From NCBI GenBank assembly GCA_963845185.1, contig CAWJRG010000001.1, positions 128,001 to 192,000 on the forward strand: a stretch of 64,000 nucleotides of DNA, in the 5' to 3' direction. This document shows, in pieces, positions 10,701 to 17,939 of the stretch (its first letter is position 1; the number at the start of each line of letters is the position of its first letter). The translations under genes and the position numbers were made by a program. The notes under the pieces are model-generated. The model made no database searches. It was not told where the DNA came from and was given only the letters and a program-made list of their open reading frames with translations. The DNA is from an uncultured bacterium. Its GTDB lineage: Bacteria > Oederibacteriota > PGYV01 > CAWJRG01.

Positions 10701-12959
10701 CGCCTTCCATATAAGCTGCGAACCAGTAACTGTCAAAGTAATGCCAGTGCCGGATATCACCTGTTCCCAATTGGCTCCATTGTTGTCGGAAAGATAATAA
10801 CTTATAGCCCCGTAACTGCCTAAATTCTGTGTCGCGGTTAAAGTGACGCTTGAATATCCCGAAGCCCATGCGTCTATTGTAATCGATTGCGCGACGCCTG
10901 GTGATAAATAATTCAACCCGTATATATTCAGTTTTGCGTTGTCCCCTCCTATTATAAACGACCCGTTTCCAAAGGCAATTGTATTTATAGTTGACTGGTT
11001 GAAGTTCACAAGGCTACTGCTGTCATTTGTGTAAGTACCGCCTGGACCACCTGCATTATTTACTATTTGCCCGCCCGTACCGCCCATAAACCAATTTAAA
11101 CTCGACGGGTTTACATCCACGCCGTATATGTTATTGCCAGAACCAAAACTCAGGGCGCTTGTATCCGAATAATAACTGAGTTGCGATGAATCATAATGCC
11201 CCATCTGCCCGCTGTTGCATCCAAACCGAGTTATATTGCCGCCGTCCCATTTTATGCTGTTTATACCGTAACTTCCGCCCAGCGCGCCGGAAAGTAATCC
11301 GCTTGCGTCACTGAAACTGCTGGTGCCGTCATAAGTATTTAATTCCCCGCCGCTGCCTCCTATGAACCACCAACCATCATACGGGTTGCCGTCCCAATCC
11401 GCCGCCTTTACAGCGTCGCTGCTATTCCAGTTTGTCAAACCTGATGACTCGTCTGTAATTGTAGTACCGTTGTATATTGCCAGGTGTTGACTGTCACCGC
11501 CTATAAGCCACTGGTTATTTGCCCATTTTATAACGTTTATGTTTATGTTTGATGAACTCCAGCCTAATGCTGAAGTCAACGAACTGAATGACGTCCCGTT
11601 ATACGATGAAAGATATCCTCCAGCGCCTCCTATCAGCCAGTACGAGCCGTTCCATCCCACTGCCAGTACGTTGTTTGCTCCAAACCCGAGGCTTGACCTC
11701 AAATCGTAAAACATATAAGTGCTCGCGTCAATTGTGTTCAGGTCTCCGTCCGCCCCGCCTATTATCCAGTATGCCCCGTTATACCCGGCGCATTTTATCG
11801 AATCCGCACCAAAATCCGTTATATTGTGTGATAAATCCGTATTTGTCGGTGAGTTATAAGTCCCGGTCCTTTCCAGTATTTTGCCGTTTTGGCCACCGAT
11901 TAAATTTGTCGCGCTTGACTGCTTGTCCGTTCCTATTGCCCATATCGGACCTGTTGAAAAATATGACGGCATTGTCTGCAAATTGTAACTTGCGTCACCT
12001 GCTGTCTGCGGGCAGTATAGCGCTGTATTAGAGCCGTTATTCCCTCCTATCATCCAGTAGCTGCCGTTCCATTTTATCGCCCATATTGAAGAGAATGTTA
12101 CTTTGCTGCTCTCGTCCGTAAAGCTCGTCCCCCCGTTATAAGTCGCAAGCTTGCCGCTGCCTCCACCAAGCATCCATATCCCCGCAGTGCTGTTATAGTC
12201 AATCGCATATATGTCATAGGATGTGCCACCCCATGTGGTATTGAGATATGTTGTTAAATCTGTAAACGTGCTGCCGTTATAACTTACTATCCTCCCGCCT
12301 GTTAACCCTATCAGCCAGTTCCCACCGCTTCCGTATGAGACCGCCCTTATGTCGTAAGTTGAAATCCCTGAAGGTAGTGATGCTTTAAGGCTGGTCCAAT
12401 TTGTGCCGTCATATTTGTTTATCGACCCGCTGCTTCCGGCTATCAGCCAGTAAGCTCCGTCGGGATTGTAGCCTATAGTGAAGACACTTCCGCTAAATAA
12501 TATAAGGTTTGCTTTATAATCGCTCCACGTAGTGCCGTCCCATTTGTTTAATGTCGTGTTATCGCCGCCTATCAGCCAGTAACTGCCGTTATATTTGATT
12601 GAGCGGATGTTGCTGTTCCCGAAATTCACCAGGTTCGACGAAAAATCTATAAAATTTGTCCCGTCCCATTCATTTATCTTTGCCTGTAATCCGCCGATTA
12701 GCCACTGGGTAGATGACGCGTACTCTATGGCTGTTATCCCGCCTCCCCAGTCTATAACTCCTGTTGTTTCTGCAAATCCATTTGCTTTAGCAAGTATGGC
12801 ATAATGGTCTAAAATATCCCAGTTTGCCGTGGTACTTGCAGTATTTTCATAACTGGTGTTAGTAAAATTTTCAATAAAAGTATTTGCCCGCAGCAGCACT
12901 GCAGTGCATAATAATAATATGGAAGCTGTAAAAACTGTGGTTAATATTCTCTTTTTCAC
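7785..12959 (-). CDS. 1724-aa secreted modular protein: W-x-I-G-G repeat head, Thr-Pro linker, uncharacterised central domain, DUF11-like domain, Thr-X linker, T9SS-like/FlgD-Ig C-terminal domain
   Basis: GTG start with SD; signal peptide; many YWLIGG/WFIGG repeats; VTKSGP..ITYTINYQN..DTIPANMTYVSS (DUF11-like); C-terminal VYPNPYN..IYNIEG..WDGKNKNGEQVAAGIYFY..KIYLVK. Confidence 0.85.
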   Translation of the reverse strand: MKKRILTTVFTASILLLCTAVLLRANTFIENFTNTSYENTASTTANWDILDHYAILAKANGFAETTGVIDWGGGITAIEYASSTQWLIGGLQAKINEWDGTNFIDFSSNLVNFGNSNIRSIKYNGSYWLIGGDNTTLNKWDGTTWSDYKANLILFSGSVFTIGYNPDGAYWLIAGSSGSINKYDGTNWTSLKASLPSGISTYDIRAVSYGSGGNWLIGLTGGRIVSYNGSTFTDLTTYLNTTWGGTSYDIYAIDYNSTAGIWMLGGGSGKLATYNGGTSFTDESSKVTFSSIWAIKWNGSYWMIGGNNGSNTALYCPQTAGDASYNLQTMPSYFSTGPIWAIGTDKQSSATNLIGGQNGKILERTGTYNSPTNTDLSHNITDFGADSIKCAGYNGAYWIIGGADGDLNTIDASTYMFYDLRSSLGFGANNVLAVGWNGSYWLIGGAGGYLSSYNGTSFSSLTSALGWSSSNININVIKWANNQWLIGGDSQHLAIYNGTTITDESSGLTNWNSSDAVKAADWDGNPYDGWWFIGGSGGELNTYDGTSSFSDASGLLSGALGGSYGINSIKWDGGNITRFGCNSGQMGHYDSSQLSYYSDTSALSFGSGNNIYGVDVNPSSLNWFMGGTGGQIVNNAGGPGGTYTNDSSSLVNFNQSTINTIAFGNGSFIIGGDNAKLNIYGLNYLSPGVAQSITIDAWASGYSSVTLTATQNLGSYGAISYYLSDNNGANWEQVISGTGITLTVTGSQLIWKAVLKTSDNIFSPDVSLITIDFTRNPAYTPTITPTYTITPTITPTPSITKTCTNSPTPTNSPTQTATPTWTPTATPTYTWTPTYTSTSTNTPTPTDTETATPTWTQTVTPTWTPTDTITLTNTPTPSPTFTGTPSITQTYTYTNSPTITPTLTSTPVFSTTITVTYTITPTWTASPTATQNPTVTFGTGSLIIPMDTTAGRTNQNNSMWRAYGLVYQLLLHGIPVNWAIKSYKAYEATDFTCSQTTDVRTAAVYTNPVYDGGPFIIDIKDNTVAAMAIITAWNNGQTTNIVQVHQYTGTGTFGAPVFRRLRAAPGIALFANDDPRGTWQIAATYLSNAGIPDSTGNATWPVTSPDVLTAAQIAGSTTTDHHDGALFLTPDGLPKYCTLINEHWAAYPVGPSCDAGYDGCPNSQTTANDAEAIAEIETYVKYPGSHVFAQCISVDAFENDIISTTPTSQANWIYGGHGHWLTTLGLTSTAQNITRTANVLPDSPFGQATGQWTNATGAETAFQLAPGSVFYGGSSSVIQVNLASSGGTYPNMYMTGYYHGITSCGKVSYMCEHQSAYTLPYTGNAEGPAMRYFFNSLFESPNTSETVPQMYVTKSGPAQDQIGWPITYTINYQNVSGIAYNVTIYDTIPANMTYVSSTGGGNTTTASGMVVWNLGALDINASGSVTVTYLLGTAAGWDNTSYAVYQTGPTHFAAYSNDVHTTAVIFTATSTVTPTSTGTPTATPTNTPTNTNTNTPTITPTDTPTWTPTSTPTFTASPTYTITPTSTDSPTITDTPTITQTFTITPTYTATIYTWTITPTCTITPTITWTSTITKTSTSTETVTFTYTITPTISQTYTITMTYTITLTYTITPTYTISPTISITPTVIPYLTPTPTPDVIAVYPNPYNRETAFNHTLKFDFLPPNSNVVIYNIEGFKIYEINGATGRIEWDGKNKNGEQVAAGIYFYIVTTTNGTYKGKIYLVK

Positions 12960-12994
12960 TCTAATTCGCCTCTTTATTATTCTTAATTATAATA

Positions 12995-13023
12995 ATTCTA
13001 ACAATAAATTTTTATAATTGCAA
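12995..13023 (-). promoter_or_regulatory. Putative sigma70 promoter (TTGCAA-17-TAGAAT, extended -10 TG)
   Basis: Consensus match ~35 nt upstream of the start at 12959, the same relative position as the promoter of the paralog at 6582. Confidence 0.55.
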
Positions 13024-13294
13024 GTTTTGAATTACCTGTGATTCTCCAGAATATTTATTCTTTTTTCCCGTCAAAGAACATTTTGCAACTATTTTGTATA
13101 GCAGCATTTTCTGTGCCTTAAAAAATCTCTTCAAATAAAGGCTTTAAAAACATACCTAAAATAGTTTTTAGCCTTTTGGCACATTATAAAAATATCTGTG
13201 CCTTTTGGAACAAACCTGTATTTGCAGGGTTTGGGCAGGTATTGTATCAATTCATGATTGCATTTTAGACTTTTTCAATTTATAATTCCTCATC

Positions 13295-14461
13295 ATGGAA
13301 AAAAATATTTTTATGAAAAAACTCATATTTAACACTGCATTATTTGCGCTGGCATCTGCCCTGTCCGACGGATTTGTCAATGTTTTTATCTGGCGGCTGA
13401 AAGGCGACTTCACGTTAATTGCCCAATACATGCTTTCCACTTATATTGTTGTGCCTTTTGTATTTTATTTATGCGGCTATATCGCCATGCGCATTGACCG
13501 GGTTTCTATTTATAAAACAGGCATATTTTTCTACCTTCTATATTATCTTATCATCCTGCTGTTAAATCAGAAAGTTACTGATTATCTTATACTTATAGGA
13601 ATTGTGCGCGGCGTCGCCATGGGCCTTTATTTTTTCGGTTACCATATACTCACGATAGATTTTACTTCAACCCATAACCGGGATTCTTTTTACGGTACGA
13701 CCAGTTTGCTGAGCGGCATTGCGTCGATAGTCGCGCCATCGCTTGCAGGTTTTATTATAATAAAATTTGCCGGTTTCAGGGGATATTATACCGTTTTTAT
13801 TTGTTCTATGCTGATATTTGTTACTGCGGCTGTAATGTCAGGAGCCTTTGCGTCAGGCTCGCTTATTAAAAAGCCCTACAAAATCAGGGACCTTATCTTT
13901 GCGGGAAACAGAAAATGGCGCAGGACAATGATGGCGTATTTTTTCATTACGGCAAAAGACACAATCATGGCTCTGCTCATAGGCGTGCTTATTTATAAAT
14001 CGACAGGCAGCGAATTCACTCTTGGCAAATACGCGACTTTCGTTTCCATCATTGCGATTGCCGCTTCATACATTGTCGGTAAAATATCAAAGCCTGAAAC
14101 AAGGGGTTCCCATATGCTTGCCGGCGCGGTTTTATATTTTCTCGCCAGCTTTTTGCTTGTTTATAAAATCGAGTTTATAACGCTTTTGATTTTCGGCATG
14201 ATAACAGCGGTTACGGACCGGCTTATAGGTATTCCAATGTCCGCTTATTCAATGGACCTTATTTCCAATGATGCCAATGCCCAGGAACGAAAAATGGAAT
14301 ACATAGTTGCCAGGGATGTGCCGGTTGCTGCTGGCAGGATTACAATCCTGCTCCTTTTTATCCTTCTTATCCGTTATATGCCAATAAGCGGCATTAAAGC
14401 AATTATTTTGCTTGTTTGCACTTTTCCGCTCGCAATGTATTTTTCAATATATAGAAAGTAA
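13295..14461 (+). CDS. MFS transporter (YqgE-like)
   Basis: About 12 hydrophobic helices in two halves, MFS-like loop motifs; true start may be 13313. Confidence 0.8.
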   Translation: MEKNIFMKKLIFNTALFALASALSDGFVNVFIWRLKGDFTLIAQYMLSTYIVVPFVFYLCGYIAMRIDRVSIYKTGIFFYLLYYLIILLLNQKVTDYLILIGIVRGVAMGLYFFGYHILTIDFTSTHNRDSFYGTTSLLSGIASIVAPSLAGFIIIKFAGFRGYYTVFICSMLIFVTAAVMSGAFASGSLIKKPYKIRDLIFAGNRKWRRTMMAYFFITAKDTIMALLIGVLIYKSTGSEFTLGKYATFVSIIAIAASYIVGKISKPETRGSHMLAGAVLYFLASFLLVYKIEFITLLIFGMITAVTDRLIGIPMSAYSMDLISNDANAQERKMEYIVARDVPVAAGRITILLLFILLIRYMPISGIKAIILLVCTFPLAMYFSIYRK

Positions 14462-14534
14462 TATTTTTGGCTGTTTTGTGTCCTGAATTTTTTATTGAAA
14501 ATTGATAATTGCCAAGTGAAAATAATGCTTCTCT

Positions 14535-15701
14535 TTAAATTAGGTGGTCCTTTACAAACGTAACATCCTGCTTCTGCTTTATCATTTCCTGCAGTTTGCT
14601 TGTGTCTTTTGTGTCTCCGAGCAGTATGGCGCCTGTTATTTTGTTGTCTTTCAGGCATATTTTTTTATAAACTTCTTTCCCCTTTTTTACCAGCACTTCT
14701 GAACCCTCTCCCGCCTCTATTGAACCGAGCGAGACAAAATCAATCTCCATGACCTTTAATTTAGTCGCCTGCACTGTGCCTGCGTACTCGGTCCTGCGGC
14801 CTGTTGAGTTAAGCCCGGCAAAATACCCCTGGTCTTTGGCCGCGGGCCATATTCCATAAACAACGCCGTTAAATTCCGCTATGTCGCCGCATGCAAAAAT
14901 ATTGTCGCTGTTTGTTTTGAGGAAACTGTCCACTTTTATCCCCCTGCCTGATTCCACGGAAGTATTTTTTATAATGCCGAGGTTTGGCTTTATGCCGGTC
15001 GATATTAAAATCATGTCCGTTTCCAGCACGCTTGAGTCCTTGCATTTCACGATAAGTTTGCCGCCTGCCCTCGTAACAGCAGCAGCCTGCTTGTTTAAAT
15101 AAAATGAAAGCCCCCTTGCCTCAAGCATTTGCTGCATTACCAGCGCGCCTTCGCTGTCAAGCTGCCGCGGCAGTAGCCGCTCGAAAAATTCCGCGACCGA
15201 GACGGTAAGCCCGAGCGCCTTTAGGCTGTTTGCCGCTTCTATGCCGAGAAGCCCGGCGCCCAGGACAAGCGCTCTTTTTTTATTTTTGGCGTAATCCTTT
15301 ATTACGTTGGCATCATCTATCGTTCTAAGCGTAAAAACCCCCTCCTGGTTTACATTTTCAATTGGAGGCACAAGCGATGCTGCCCCTGCCGCTATGATGA
15401 GTTTGTCGAATTTTATTTTTTCGCTCGAGATTAAAATTATTTCCCTGTGGCCTTCGTCTATATTGCCCACCGTAACGCCGAGTGAAAGTCGTATATTTTT
15501 TTCATCGTACCAGTTCTTGTTGTGCAGTACCAGCCGTTCTCCCTGAATTTTATTTCCCAGAAATTCTATCACGCGCGGCCTGGAATAATAATAGTGCTTT
15601 TCCGTGCTCAGTACATGTATTTCAGCGTCCTTATCAACGCTCCTTATTGTCTCTGCCGCGGTGATGCCCGCAACTCCGTTTCCTATAATAACAAAACGCA
15701 T
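14535..15701 (-). CDS. NAD(P)/FAD-dependent oxidoreductase (NADH:rubredoxin reductase / NirB N-terminal-like)
   Basis: GNGVAG FAD motif, YSRP, GAGLLGIE NAD motif, IFACGDIAE. Confidence 0.85.
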   Translation of the reverse strand: MRFVIIGNGVAGITAAETIRSVDKDAEIHVLSTEKHYYYSRPRVIEFLGNKIQGERLVLHNKNWYDEKNIRLSLGVTVGNIDEGHREIILISSEKIKFDKLIIAAGAASLVPPIENVNQEGVFTLRTIDDANVIKDYAKNKKRALVLGAGLLGIEAANSLKALGLTVSVAEFFERLLPRQLDSEGALVMQQMLEARGLSFYLNKQAAAVTRAGGKLIVKCKDSSVLETDMILISTGIKPNLGIIKNTSVESGRGIKVDSFLKTNSDNIFACGDIAEFNGVVYGIWPAAKDQGYFAGLNSTGRRTEYAGTVQATKLKVMEIDFVSLGSIEAGEGSEVLVKKGKEVYKKICLKDNKITGAILLGDTKDTSKLQEMIKQKQDVTFVKDHLI

Positions 15702-15722
15702 TTTTACCTCTTTGTTTAAAAT

Positions 15723-15752
15723 AAAAAAAGGCGACGCCTTATGGCCCGCCTT
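15723..15752 (-). terminator. Probable intrinsic terminator after rplS
   Basis: Minus strand AAGGCGGGCC-ATAA-GGCGTCGCCTT followed by a T run. Confidence 0.55.
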
Positions 15753-15768
15753 GTTTTTTATGTAAGGA

Positions 15769-16266
15769 TTACTTTTGGGGCTGCTGCTGGGCTTTTTTCT
15801 CTGCTTTTGCTTCTTTTGCCGCCTGCTTCTCTGGCGCCACTGCTCCGGTTATTTCAATTTTCTGTTCGGATACCGCTATGGTTCCCTCTCCGGGGGCAAG
15901 CATGTCGCCCTCAAACCTCATTGCTTCTTTTCTTACTTTTCTTCCAAAAGCTTTTCTCATGTAAAAAAGCTTTGCCCTCTTTGCCTCGCCCGGTTTCACG
16001 ATTTTAATGCTCTCCACCATCGGTGAGTGAATCGGGAATGTCCTCTCCACGCCTATGCCTCCGTAAGAAATTTTCCTTATGGTCAGCATTTCGTTTAATC
16101 CGGAGCCTTTTTTCGCTATTAAAATGCCTTCAAACACCTGTATCCTCTCTTTTCCCCCCTCGACAATCTTGGTGTTCACTTTCACCGCGCTTCCGATGGA
16201 AATATCCTTAAACCCCTTGCCTTTTTTCATATATTGTTTTTCAACAATAGCTTCTATGTTCCTCAT
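15769..16266 (-). CDS. rplS: 50S ribosomal protein bL19 with K/A/E-rich C-terminal tail
   Basis: KERIQVFEG..RKISYG.GVERTFP.HSP..RAKLFYMR; operon position. Confidence 0.97.
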   Translation of the reverse strand: MRNIEAIVEKQYMKKGKGFKDISIGSAVKVNTKIVEGGKERIQVFEGILIAKKGSGLNEMLTIRKISYGGIGVERTFPIHSPMVESIKIVKPGEAKRAKLFYMRKAFGRKVRKEAMRFEGDMLAPGEGTIAVSEQKIEITGAVAPEKQAAKEAKAEKKAQQQPQK

Positions 16267-16991
16267 TTTTTCCTTGCTCCTTTCCTGGTATCTTCCAAAT
16301 TTTTTTTATTCATACCGGATTCTTTCAGGATATCCGGCCTGTTTTTCAAGGTCTTTTTCAGCGCTTCTTCCTGACGCCATTGCTTTATCTTCGCATGGTT
16401 CCCCGAAAAAAGTGTCTCAGGCACTTTCAGCCCTTTAAATTCCCTCGGCCGTGTGTATTGCGGATAATCAAGCAACCCTGTGGTAAAGGATTCGTTTTTA
16501 CTTGATTCCTCGTTGCCCAGGACGCCGGGTAATAACCTTATTATTCCTTCTATGACAACCATTGCGGCAAATTCCCCGCCGCTCAGGACATAATCGCCTA
16601 TTGACAGTTCCTCGTCCGCGTAACTCAGGAGCCGTTCGTCTACGCCTTCGTACCTGCCGCATATAAGCACGATATGCTTCAGTTTTGCGAGCCCCTCGAG
16701 TTTTTTCTGCGTGAGCTTTTTGCCTGAAGCACTTAAAAGTATCACCCTGCTGTCGTTTCTGCGCACGGACTCCAGCGCGCCGGATAACGGCTCAATTTTC
16801 ATCACCATGCCTTCACCGCCGCCGAAAGGCGCGTCGTCTGTCGTCCTGTGCCTATCTTTCGCGAAGTCCCGGATATTCGTTATGTTAAAATCAGCGGCAC
16901 CTTTCTCCCTTGCCCTTTTTATCGTTGAAAAATCAAGGGCACCATTTAAAAAAACTTCCGGAAAAATCGTAAGAACGTCAATCAGTATCAT
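16263..16991 (-). CDS. trmD: tRNA (guanine-N1)-methyltransferase
   Basis: DDAPFGGGEGMVMK, CGRYEGVDER, SIGDYVLSGGE, YPQYTRP. Confidence 0.98.
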   Translation of the reverse strand: MILIDVLTIFPEVFLNGALDFSTIKRAREKGAADFNITNIRDFAKDRHRTTDDAPFGGGEGMVMKIEPLSGALESVRRNDSRVILLSASGKKLTQKKLEGLAKLKHIVLICGRYEGVDERLLSYADEELSIGDYVLSGGEFAAMVVIEGIIRLLPGVLGNEESSKNESFTTGLLDYPQYTRPREFKGLKVPETLFSGNHAKIKQWRQEEALKKTLKNRPDILKESGMNKKNLEDTRKGARKK

Positions 16992-17226
16992 TATCTACAA
17001 TTTCAAGTGGTATTTTTTTCTTTAAGCCTTTATTAATGGAAGCCATGCTTATCAGGCTCCTTATTGCCTTTATGGTTTTGCCTTCCCTGCCTATTATATT
17101 TTTAATATCGTCTTTGCCCACCCTGACAATGTACTTTCTCATTAGCCCGTCGTCGAATTCCTTGACCTGAAGTTTGTCCTGGTCGTTCACTATCTGTCCG
17201 GCCACATACTTTAAAAGTTCTTTCAT
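16978..17226 (-). CDS. khpA: KH-domain RNA-binding protein
   Basis: IIGREGKTIKAIR KH motif; directly downstream of rpsP. Confidence 0.85.
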   Translation of the reverse strand: MKELLKYVAGQIVNDQDKLQVKEFDDGLMRKYIVRVGKDDIKNIIGREGKTIKAIRSLISMASINKGLKKKIPLEIVDNDTD

Positions 17227-17229
17227 TTT

Positions 17230-17475
17230 TTATTTTATTTCCATTTTTTTCAGTATTGATTTCAGGGTCAGTGATACTGCCGCGCCTCTTTTAATCCACT
17301 TGTCGACTTTTTCTTTATCAATTTTGACAATGGCCGGGTTTTTTGTCGGATTATAATACCCGAGTTCCTCTATATATTTTCCGCCTTTTACCGAGCGCCT
17401 TTTGTCGGCAGCGACAATCCTGAAAAACGGGGACTTGTTCTTTCCCATTCTTTTCATCCTTAAAACTATAGCCAA
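17230..17475 (-). CDS. rpsP: 30S ribosomal protein bS16
   Basis: RMKRMGKNKSPFFRIVAAD..IEELGYYNP; TTG start with AGGAGG. Confidence 0.97.
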   Translation of the reverse strand: MAIVLRMKRMGKNKSPFFRIVAADKRRSVKGGKYIEELGYYNPTKNPAIVKIDKEKVDKWIKRGAAVSLTLKSILKKMEIK

Positions 17476-17573
17476 CTTAACACCTCCTGATTTTTTGTTT
17501 CGTTTTCTTTATTCCTTTCAATTTCAATCCCGCAATTCCCAATAGTGGCGAACCGGCGAAATCCGCAATTCAA

Positions 17574-17649
17574 TGGAGCCGATGACCCGATTCGAACGGG
17601 TGACCCACGGTTTACGAAACCGTTGCTCTAGCCTCTGAGCTACACCGGC
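17574..17649 (-). tRNA. tRNA-Thr(CGT)
   Basis: Reverse complement GCCGGTGTAGCTCAG..ACGGT-TTCGTAA-ACCGT..GTTCGAATC..CATCGGCTCCA; 76 nt with encoded CCA. Confidence 0.95.
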
Positions 17650-17712
17650 GTATTTTATTTCTGCAAATAATTGCCATTTTTCAATCGTGTAGCGTGCCAG
17701 CGTTCTACGGGA

Positions 17713-17788
17713 TGGTGCCGAGAGACGGAATCGAACCGCCGACGCACAGATTTTCAGTCTGTCGCTCTACCGACTGAGCTATCTCGGC
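17713..17788 (-). tRNA. tRNA-Phe(GAA)
   Basis: Reverse complement GCCGAGATAGCTCAGTCGGTAGAGC..ACAGA-CTGAAAA-TCTGT..GTTCGATTC..CTCGGCACCA; 76 nt. Confidence 0.96.
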
Positions 17789-17828
17789 TCCCAATTTTAT
17801 TGTTATAAGTTATGCTGGTAGATTCAAA

Positions 17829-17857
17829 AGTATAAAAGAAATAGGTATAAATGTCAA
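17829..17857 (-). promoter_or_regulatory. sigma70 promoter of the tRNA-Phe/tRNA-Thr/rpsP unit (TTGACA-17-TATACT)
   Basis: Near-perfect consensus 40 nt upstream of tRNA-Phe. Confidence 0.75.
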
Positions 17858-17939
17858 TTTTTATTTTATATTTACCGGCTCAAATCCGCTGCAAAAAGAT
17901 ATATGTTTTTAAGGATTCCCTTCGGTTACGGCTCTGTTC

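Noticed and set aside
4400..12959. Duplicated block as template/variable repeat of a diversity-generating retroelement
   Set aside because: Both copies are long coding heads, differences are not adenine-specific, and there is no reverse transcriptase in the window
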